Below are positions 54,405 to 64,000 of a stretch of DNA of 64,000 nucleotides, in pieces. A program made the position numbers and the translations under genes. The stretch's first letter is position 1; every line of letters begins with the position of its first letter. This DNA comes from Octopus vulgaris. Lineage: Eukaryota. The notes beneath the pieces are model-generated. The model worked only from the letters and a program-made list of their open reading frames with translations. It ran no database searches and was not told the origin of the DNA. The stretch lies in NCBI GenBank assembly GCA_951406725.2, contig OX597820.1, positions 51,212,001-51,276,000 on the forward strand, read 5' to 3'.

Positions 54405-55650
54405 GTTTAGACAATTTAGAATCGGCCAGTATATTCTTATGAAGTGCATTTCCTTGCTAATGAGTTCATTTTGGATAGCATTGTGTTTGAATTTGCATAG
54501 TGTCATTGTGAATTTGGGAAATTTGTTGGAAGCACATTTATCGATGTGCTGGCTGAGAGGTATTTTCCTCTTTTCTGGAATCCTAATTTGAGATAAGTGC
54601 ACCGCCATCCTCTGACGTCGGCTGTTTTTTTTTGTGTGTGTCCAATATATGCCGTTTACATCCCGAGCATGTAATTAAGTAAATCAAGTTCGATGCACAT
54701 GTCAAATTGGTTTTTATGGTGAAATTATGGCCTTGTTCTAATCGGTGTTCCGATCCATCTATTATGTTGATACAAATTCCACAGTTGGGACGCCCGTATT
54801 TTTTTTTACTGTTGGGTTAGTGGTTATCGTTGAGTGTAATTTGGCCTGGGTTAATTCTTTTTCATCGATTTTGGTTACTTCTTACTTTTGGTGAATATAT
54901 GTGTTCCGAAAATTTGGATCATCTTTGGGTCTCTCTTCAGTAGAGCTCTTCTGTTAGTATAGTGTTGGAGGCCTCATTGGTATGTGGGTTGTGGGTTGAG
55001 ATACATAGCAGGGTTTCCGATTTTTCTTCCTTCTTTGCTCTTGGTTGTCTAAGTTCTTGTGTATTTAATTTAAGTACTCGTTGGATCGTATTCCCGATTA
55101 AGGGTTATAGGTAACCCCTATTTATGAGTGTCGTTTTCAGTTCCTGGAATCGTGTGTAACAGGTGTTTGCGTCTGATACAATTATTCTTTTCACTAAGCA
55201 AAATGGGATATTAATCCTGGCGTGTCTTGAGTAGCAAGAATCAAATGGCAGGTACAGATTCGAGTCAGTGGGTTTATAATAGATTCCTGTCTCTATTTTG
55301 CTCTCGACTTTCTTTATAAGGATATCTAAAAACTGTAGTTGTTCCTGGTTGCACTCTATCGTAAATTGGAGGGTTTTATTTACTCCGTTTAGAAGTGTTT
55401 GGAATTCGTTGTGTTTTTCTACAATTTTCCAGTTGTTTAGTATGTAGGTGGAAAAGGAGTTTCCATATTTCTCGAGTGTTCTCTGGTATAGTTTAATCTC
55501 GAGTTAGCCCATTACCAGATTTGCAAAAGAAGGTGCAGACCGTGTTCCCATTGCTGTCCTTCGAGAAATAAGGAAACTCCTTTACCACCTACATACAAAA
55601 CAACTGTAAAAGTTATCTCGATGACTGCTTCATCCTCTGGAATGAAAGTT
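54405..55650 (-). mobile_element. Older, degraded Penelope-like element of a different family, with an inverted 5' piece
   Basis: Minus strand has TAMGTRSAPSFANLVMG, LQFLDIL, YYKPTDSNLYLPFDS..NIPF, and GIY-YIG remnants (YIG..RQRMAVHLSQIR..LSQHI). Plus-strand 55561-55650 encodes SYLDDCFILW. Confidence 0.8.
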
Positions 55651-55767
55651 CTGTTCTGAGTTCAAATTCCGCCGAGGTCGACTTTACCTTCATCCTTTCA
55701 GAGCCGATAAATTAAAGACTGTTGCCCATGTAATCGAGTTTATCCCTCGCCAGTCTATCGTAGAAAT

Positions 55768-55833
55768 AATGATGATGATGATTATGATTATTATTATGAT
55801 TATTATTATGATTAGTAGTAGTAGTAGTAGTAT

Positions 55834-55892
<59 letters not shown>

Positions 55893-55945
55893 ATAATAAT
55901 AATAGTAGTAGTAGCAGCAGCAGCAACAACAGAACTACTACTAGT
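55768..55945. repeat. Compound trinucleotide microsatellite
   Basis: (GAT)(TAT)(TAG)(CAG) runs are visible. Confidence 0.9.
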
Positions 55946-57094
55946 AATATTCTTATCATCATCTTGGTTTGGCGTTGTTGCTCGTTATGTTCTCGTTTCT
56001 AATTAAGTGAATTGTTCCTGGTACGAGTTTCACACTTATGTATGATAATATTTTATCATGTGTAATTGATTTTGAATAGTGAAGTACCGAAAGACACAAA
56101 TACGGCTTCTTTGGTTCCACTGGAAACAATTTAAACATTTTTCAATGAGTTGTTTATTCCTCTTACGATGATGGTTTACAATTTTAGTACAGGAAACGTG
56201 TTAAAACACTCAAAATATTTTTGAATTATAAATCAATAATTAACTGTTAGTGACTCGTACGTTATATGGGATTTGATGTGCCAGTAGCCTCCTTAATATA
56301 TATGTTTACGTGTACTTCGTAGAAGAATACCATTTGTAATGGGTCTCAATAATTTAGCAAGAATATTGCAGTACGAACTTCTGAGCGACAATACAAGAGA
56401 AATAGGTTCAGGAGATAGGCTGGTACTAAAACAATTTATCGATATCTCGTTATAGATTCCAGTAATTATTAAGTGGTTCACATTTGTTTATTACACTTTG
56501 TCTGGCTGAACAAGGAATTGTATGAATTGATTCTATTAGATTAGACAATTGGAGAGAAAATATTAATCAGAATCGAAACAATGATGATATAGAAGAATAG
56601 ATATTGGGCCAGTAATTATTCGTTTTCCATAGACATAAAAATTTACTATGTAGGGGAAATTAAACGGAAAAATAGCGACTATATGATTCTGTCGTTAATT
56701 TCATTTCCGTTCTAAAGTTGTCCTAAACTATTATTCAAACCAACAACTAACATGACGTTCATAAATGCAAATCCATTCAGCGACTCAACAATGACAATAA
56801 AATAACGTATTATCATTTTTTAAAGGTCAAATAAGTTTTGGGGTGTTTGTTTTGCAAAACCGACAGTGCAAAATACGTCTATTAATATCTGCCAAGTTCT
56901 GCTTGTTGCAATGTGGAGAAGAAGGTTCAATATAAAGTTAGGCTTTATGTCTGGTAGCAAACAATCATGAATGTATTATACAACTTTCAATGGAATTGAG
57001 CCCCTTTCTTTTCTGTTCATGTTGCAACATTTCCTCAAGTATTTACCACGTCCCCTTCATCTATATGTGTGCGTATGTGCATGTAAGTGTGTGC

Positions 57095-57162
<68 letters not shown>

Positions 57163-57164
57163 AG

Positions 57165-57342
57165 ATCGGTAGCCACTACATACATTTGTTCTCTCCTTGT
57201 TTCTTTCCGTGTTCCTTTCCGTGGTAGAGCGCAGGCTCGAAATGTAAAAAAACGCTTTCAATTCCCGAACGTTATAATAATACATATGTTTGTTTTCTAC
57301 ACCAACATCTGTCTTCCTCTTGTTTTTCTCGTGAATTTTCAC

Positions 57343-57343
<1 letters not shown>
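57165..57343 (+). mobile_element. Short HHR-bearing element (family A)
   Basis: TTTCCGTGGTAGAGCGCAGGCTCGAAATGTAAAA is a decayed HHR. Homologous to 3160-3314 and lies between (TA)n tracts. Confidence 0.5.
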
Positions 57344-57373
<30 letters not shown>

Positions 57374-59187
57374 AATTACATATCCACTGATGTGCTCTAA
57401 TATAATGAGATTCGATTTCAACCTTACTGAAAGACAGTAGCATGTTTTTTTTTTATTACACTGAATGTACCAGTGTATACATGAAGCTTATGCATAGTAG
57501 CAAAAGTCTACTAAACACTAATGAAGCAAAAATAATTACTTCGTGAAAACACAATGCTTCCAGGACTTTGAAATAATAAAAAAAATCAAATTTCCATTCG
57601 TACTATAACCAGATATTTTTTAATACATACAAATATTTTACAACTCAAAATGTTTCGTTTCACATCGAAGTTTCTGTCCTCTGCGGGTTGTATTCAACCC
57701 CGGAACATAGTCAGAATGTCTCGGCTGTGGTTTCTGGCTGTCTTCAGTTTTCAAAAGAACTTTCACAAGACCCAGAATTTCGTCGATTGTCTAACGACTT
57801 CCAACTGTTTGTAATATGGTTTGTTTCCAAGATTATTATGGTTTACACCTACTGCGTAATTGGCATGTATTGAATTTTATTTCATTTGGAATTGAACAGA
57901 ATGCCGACAGTTGTATTCTGTCATTTGCGTGTTAAGTGTAATTATTTTATCACTACATGATTATCCTAAGCAATCCATTCCTTTCAAAACAGGATATTAT
58001 ATCCTTTCACACATAACACTGCATGTGCTTCAAGTAGTTTCTCTTCACATATATTATGAAACTATTTTGAATGGAGTGTAATTCTCAGGTAGTTTATGGT
58101 ATGGTTCAGAACCAATAATATTCACTGCTAAAGATATATGATATATGAAAATATAGTTTTGTGGAAAGCATCTTACCTTGTTTGCTGACGTCAGCTATCT
58201 CATTTACCGAAGTAGATCAAAACTGATATCAGTTCATGTATAACCTATCATTTCTATATACAGATATATATTATTGTTCTACATATTTGTATCTATCTTT
58301 AAGTGTAAGAATTTGTACATGCATATATGCATTTATGCACTCCTGTATCTATATAAGTAGGTATGTCTATGTGTATAGGGAAATACATGTGAGTAAGTAA
58401 ATTTCAATATATATAGTATTCTGATAATTGAGCTTATGCACGACTGTATCTAAATAAGAATTTATGTTCATGTGTATACGGAAATACGTGTGTGTAAGTG
58501 AATTTGAATGTATATCGCACTCTCATAATTGAGCTTATCATAATATATCTATATATGTAGACAGAACAATAACTCTTTCCCTCAATGTCGCAAACTATGA
58601 AGTATCTCCATCATACTAAGATTTTAGCACTACTACACGGCACACATAATTTTCACACTTTCTGTTTCTCTATTTATCTTTGTCTCTGTTTGTTTGTCTG
58701 TCTCTGTTTCTGCCTGTCTGTCTTTCTCTGCCTAACCATGTGTCTCTCTAAGACACGTAAGAGTGAGTGTGTGAGAAACAGAAATAGAAAGTATAAGGGA
58801 AATGAACAGAGACATTTGTAATCAAACTAGAGAACCTTGTCTAATTTGCCTCTAGAATCACGGGTCCAGTACAATATCTCTTCTGTCTTTTCTTCTGCAG
58901 TTTTTAAGAAATCCATCACCTATTTTCTTCTGATCAGTCTTACAATGTTTATATTCGTTTTTGTGACACTTATAAAGAATAGATTGCGAGAAAGGGTTGA
59001 TATGACCTCAGTGTCGAAACTGGTAAGAGTTCAGTTATTACAGATGCGGATAGATATTGCCGTAATATTTTGTTATTTGTATTCATTTAACATTCAATAA
59101 GTGTATACGTGCTTCACATAAGAATTATTCCACGTTATCTCGAAAGTTTATAAAAGTCGGGATATCATAAAAATTATACGTACATAC

Positions 59188-59221
<34 letters not shown>

Positions 59222-59288
59222 GTTGTGAGTGTGTATGTATATATGCATATATATACATACATATATATATACATATATATATATACAT

Positions 59289-59356
<68 letters not shown>

Positions 59357-59582
59357 ATATATATTAATAATAAATATTAGGGAATAAATCCAAACTTACA
59401 GGGAAAAATCAGATTTAAGATTGAATCCAATTTTATAGTAAAATATTATATTATATTAAATTAGAGACAAAACCACTATTAGGAAAATCATACAATGAAA
59501 AACTTAAGCCAATACATAAGATTATTTAATTTATATTATTTAAATATATAACAAAATTATTAAAAAAATATAATTAATATAA

Positions 59583-59646
59583 CACTACAATCGTTTCATG
59601 GCTGTTAACTTCTTTAAATTTTCGAGTTACAGTCATTCATCAGGTG
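59583..59646 (-). ncRNA. Type I hammerhead ribozyme (inverted copy)
   Basis: Reverse complement of 59704-59767, with stem III CGATTG. Confidence 0.65.
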
Positions 59647-59703
59647 GTTTAAATATTTATCTTGGCGAGGTTTAAACAATGATAAATATCTAAATATTTA
59701 AAC

Positions 59704-59767
59704 CACCTGATGAATGACTGTAACTCGAAAATTTAAAGAAATTAACAGCCATGAAACGATCGTAGTG
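59704..59767 (+). ncRNA. Type I hammerhead ribozyme with long stem II
   Basis: CAC-CTGATGA-ATGACTGTAA..TTAACAGCCAT-GAAA-CGATCG-TA-GTG, with palindromic stem III ACGATCGT. Confidence 0.72.
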
Positions 59768-59899
59768 TTATATTAATTATATATTTAAAATAATTTTGTT
59801 ATATATTTAAATAATATAAATTAAATAATCTTATGTATTGGCTTAAGTTTTTCATTGTATGATTTGCCTAATAGTGGTTTTGTCTCTAATTTAATATAA

Positions 59900-59951
<52 letters not shown>

Positions 59952-60254
59952 TATATGTTCCGAATTTGCGTAAATGTGTATAGAAATATATGTCACTTCA
60001 ATAAAGTTACTTTGTCTGGTTATCTCATTTTTATTATTGTAATAAAAAAGAATATTCCTTAGAATGTTGAAGTGTGATAAACGTTAAAGAAGATATTTTG
60101 CAATGTTCATAAAGTTCATTTAGCGCATTTAAACTTTCGTTGTAATCATCAGATTTCAAAATGTATTTAACTTACAGCTGAGCTCTCAACAACTGTAGTA
60201 GAATCACTGACATTTTCCGCTTTATACTTTTTAGAAGGCTACACATGTGAAGGG

Positions 60255-61525
60255 AGAGAACCACGGAAATGAAATCTTCTGGACATCCAAACTGCACAAG
60301 GACGGCCCATATTGCAGGATGGGGGACTTATCAAAAGATCCCAGAAGATGAACATTGGAGGCTGTTGTTGTTCCTGACACTTTCCGATAGCGTCTCGAGG
60401 GGGGCCGAAAGCCGCACTTGGACCCAGGGAGGACGTCTTCCGCGAGGATGAGGAAGTGGTTGAGTAGGATTCGGACGAAGATCTTATATGAAATGGTCAG
60501 GAGTGAGATGCCCCAATAGTTGTTGCAATCTTCTCGGTCACCCTTCTCGTCGATGGTGATGATAGTTGCATCACGGAAGTAGCTCCGGGAAGTTTTGTTT
60601 TTTCCTGTCTTGATATAAGGAGCATCAGATGATTTTTCTGCTCAGGATATCTGTGCGTGAAAAACTCAAAAGTATGTTGTCTGGCCCTGGAGCTTTCAAT
60701 TGTCTCATGCGGACAAGTGCCTTGTTGAACTCATGGCATGAGGGCGACAGGGTCATCCAATGGCGGATGGGGAGCTGTTGGGTGTTTTGGAGGAGATCGT
60801 CAGGAGTGAGTGAAATGGGACTTTCAGCGATCGAGGATTCCGTTGGTGTCAGTTACCGTACAGCCAGCTGCATTCTTCAGGCTGCCCACTGAGGACATTG
60901 TGCGGCCGAAGATCCCCTTGGGTGCAGCTGAAAAGCTGCGCAAGTTACGTTGGACTGTATAGTTTTGCATCTCCTCTGCTTTCTTCTTCCACCAGATGTT
61001 CTGAGTTTCTCGAATGCCTTGCTGGCATTCTGCTTATGATTGCTGGTGTTTTCGTTTGTTCTCCGCAGTGACATGGTTCTCGAGTGCTAGGCGTATCCGG
61101 AGTTTGGCTTCGAGAGGACAGTTGATGATTTCAGCATTCTCGTTAAACCGTCTTGGTTCATCTTTCGGGCAAAGCCGATTGTCTCCTCTTCGGCAGCGGT
61201 CGTGACTTCAGGAAGGCTTGTTCAGTGATCTTCAGTAGAGGTTGGCTCTGGGATTTCCATCAGGTGTCTCTCAATGGATTATCTGAAGTCTTGGGATGTC
61301 TCTGAGATCCGGAGTTTGGCGCAGTCGAAGCGCCGGCAAGGGATGCTTGTTGAGATCCGCTTTCGGTGGTGGAACTTGATGTCAAGGCGAGAATTAAGAA
61401 GGCGGTGATCCGTCCAGAAGTCATCTGCAACAGGCACGGAGCGGCTGATGCGTATATCTCACCTGTCCAGTGTTTAGTCCGTGGATGTTTCCTGGTCGTG
61501 GTTAGTTGCGTAGGAGCTGGCCATT
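60255..61525 (-). mobile_element. Degraded RTE-clade LINE fragment (APE end + RT start)
   Basis: Minus strand WTDHRLL, GDREDCNNYWGISLLTISYKIFVRILLNH, VLPGSKCGFRP and KCQEQQQP...FWDL. Confidence 0.8.
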
Positions 61526-62159
61526 GTGTGTGTGTGGTGTGAAGAAAAATCTGTAAAAAGAACCGAAAATTGATTCAATTTCAACGCAAAAAAATAACCA
61601 GCAACAACAAAATTGAAAAAAAAACTTTAGTGACAATCTCCTACCCGGGTTCCGAAACCGCAACTCCAAATCACCATACAAACCAACTTCCTTTTGTTAC
61701 TATTTTCATTTCTCCCTTGTTTTTTTTCTTTTTTTCAGTATGACTTTTTTCAGTATGACCACTCAAATTAATGAACGTTGTTCATTCAAAGAAATTGTTT
61801 TAATATTATTGACTGCTGTGAACATTCAAATTTACAACTGTCCTTCTAATTCCTAATTCTAAATTTATCTGTTTTGAACATCTTAATTTATCAATTTTTA
61901 TTTGGCGACATTGAAATATTTTAGTTTATCAACATTGAAACATTTTAATTTGTCAATTTTGAAACTTTTAAAGATGATTTCCTAATTCATAACTTTTGGT
62001 ATATATATAGATAAATGTTTTTTAAACAATAACGAAATTTTTTTTTTTAATTTAGGTGCATTTTCAACAACACATTTGCCTATATATATATGTGTGTGTA
62101 TGTGTGTGTATGTGTGTATGCGTACGTATATATATATATGTATACATATATAAATGTCA

Positions 62160-62350
62160 CCGCGTGTGTAACGTTAGCAATTTTCTTTCTCCATCTTCCC
62201 TTCTTTAGACTGTTTCTATATTTCTGATGAAGTTCACCGCTCGAAACGTGAAAGTATCTTTCCTTTCTTTCCTTTCCTGGGCGTCAAATAACACTGTACT
62301 TATTCCATGTCTTCGTGTTGTTGTTTTCTCTTGCTTGCCCATGTTTGGAA
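62160..62350 (+). mobile_element. Short HHR-bearing element (family B)
   Basis: TTT-CTGATGA-AGTTCACCGCTC-GAAA-CGTG-AAA at 62221-62253. Homologous to 49424-49620. Confidence 0.55.
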
Positions 62351-62506
62351 TGTATATATATATATATTTGTAATCACCCCACTTGTATGGTTAACACCAT
62401 ATAGATTTCCGGTGCATCCTAGTTAAAGACCATATTCATGTGAATTCATTAGAATTCACTTGAATCTCAATTACTTAAACCGTATATATATATATATATA
62501 TATATA

Positions 62507-62894
62507 CTAGCATTAAATACCCGTAGTTGCCGGATCATAGTGCTAGTGCATGTATATATGTGTATATATATGTGTACATATTACATGTAGATCTATATAT
62601 ATATACATCTGCACATAAAATAAAAAGTCATATCTTGATATGGCTAGTGATAACAATACTCAAAATATATAACAGACTGGAATTGTTAGCCCGTCTCTTG
62701 TAATTTCAATCAATTGTATCTTGTCCTCCCTCTTGTATAGAAGTGTGGCTACAATCCGACGGCTGCAGGGAAATTCGTTTTTGGATCCTAAGTAAGGTAT
62801 GTGTAAAATTTGAATGAAATTGGTTGTGTAGTTCTCAAGTTTTAGGGAAACACACAGACAGACACACAGTCTCAGTTTTATATATATATAAAGA
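62507..62894 (-). mobile_element. Short non-autonomous Helitron (internal-deletion derivative of 22458-24083)
   Basis: Minus strand A|TC...hairpin..CTAG|T. 62507-62765 matches 22458-22770 plus ~23160-23190, and 62785-62880 matches 23985-24083. Confidence 0.75.
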
Positions 62895-62904
62895 TATATA
62901 TATG

Positions 62905-63226
62905 CTGAGACCCCCTTCGTTCATGACTAACCATGGGATTGCACCTGACAAGTTACTTTCCTAGACACAATTCCGAGCGATTTTGCTTATGGAAGACCAG
63001 CAGTCACCTATGGATACCGGCCTTCCCTCTTCCCGCCACCAGTGTTACACAAGGGAAAAAGAAGGCCGATACATCTTGGCATCTGAACGTCGGAATTCAT
63101 TTTTACAGCTTAGTGTACTGGAACAACGGGAAATAAAGTCTCTTGCTGGAGAATACAACACGCAGCTTGGTCGAGGATTCGAACACACAACCTCACGATC
63201 GTAATCTCGACGCTCTAACCACTGAG
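62905..63226 (-). mobile_element. tRNA-derived SINE
   Basis: Minus-strand head CTCAGTGGTTAGAGCGTCGAGATTACGATCGTGAGGTTGTGTGTTCGAATCCTCG with a clear B box. Confidence 0.75.
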
Positions 63227-63272
63227 AATTCTATTTTTGAATCACTTTAGAATCTTCTTTTTTTTTCCAGTT

Positions 63273-64000
63273 AATGGAATGTTAAGTTACGAAAACTAGC
63301 ATTTTCAACACCTTTTTTTTACCTTTTAATCAAGGTTTTAAAACTGCAAAATCTGCTTGCGACATTTATATTGAGAGGGTTCCATAGCTGGAAGAAGCCC
63401 TCGTGATTGTTATGCAAAGTTCAAAAATGGAAATTTTGATCTCAAAGACGCACGTCGTCCAGTTAAGTTCGAACGGAGCGATTAAACCAACTTTTACACG
63501 AAATTTCCCGTCAGATGACAAGGCAACTGGCAGAGAAAATGGAATTCTTCAACACTGCAATAGAGAAGCTTCTTGACTCGATGGGAAAGGTTCAGAAGTA
63601 TGGGACATGAGTCCCGCAAGCTTAAGTGACAACGAAGATCAACGAGCATCAATCTCCTCTGGTTTACTGGCTCTTCACTGCTCAACGTATGGACAGAAGT
63701 AACGATTTCTGAACCCAATCGTTACTGGCGACGAAAAATGGTTCCTCTACAAGAATATGAAGCATCATAAGGAATGGCTTAGCGCCGGTAAACAAGTGAC
63801 ACCGCACGTGAAACAAGATCTTCATGCGCGTAAAACGTGGGATTGGGAAGGGATTATCCATTACGAATTGCTTGAACGGAACGAAACGGTCAGAGCGGAA
63901 CTTTATATTCAACAAATGGAACGACTCAACACGGCTATTCAAAAGAAAAGAGCTAATCGCCAGCATGGGGTTCTTCTGCTGCACGAAACCGTCCACCCTC
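63273..64000 (+). pseudogene. Mariner transposase pseudogene (runs off the window end)
   Basis: KFKNGNFDLKD, a decayed WVPHKL-like motif, TGDEKWFLYKN, WDWEGIIHYELL..ETVRAELY.QQM.RL and GVLLLHE. Several stops and frameshifts. Confidence 0.88.

Larger units (their letters stand above)
59363..59903. mobile_element. Foldback PLE-like terminal fragment with two head-to-head hammerheads
   Basis: Inverted arms 59447-59658 and 59692-59903 with a ~33 bp spacer. Both ends lie in (TA)n. Confidence 0.78.

Overview
AT-rich, microsatellite-dense animal genomic DNA; the repeat landscape looks cephalopod/Octopus-like, which is an inference. I found no convincing host protein-coding exon. Almost all short ORFs in the track are translations of microsatellites or antisense to transposon ORFs. 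The dominant feature is a young ~15.4 kb Penelope-like retroelement (PLE) insertion in a (TA)n tract at 4432-19832. It consists of two near-identical head-to-head copies with ~7.3 kb inverted arms and a ~0.48 kb spacer. Each copy encodes an RT (YRDD) plus a C-terminal GIY-YIG endonuclease and is flanked by long pseudo-LTRs. Every pseudo-LTR carries a hammerhead ribozyme (HHR) with an unusually long, structured stem II. The rest of the window holds several short HHR-bearing non-autonomous elements (some as head-to-head foldbacks) and an older PLE remnant. It also holds a stack of R4/Dong-like LINE 3' fragments in (TAA)n tracts, Helitron derivatives, a solo LTR with a TSD, Gypsy gag remnants, Tc1/mariner remnants, an RTE remnant and tRNA-derived SINEs.
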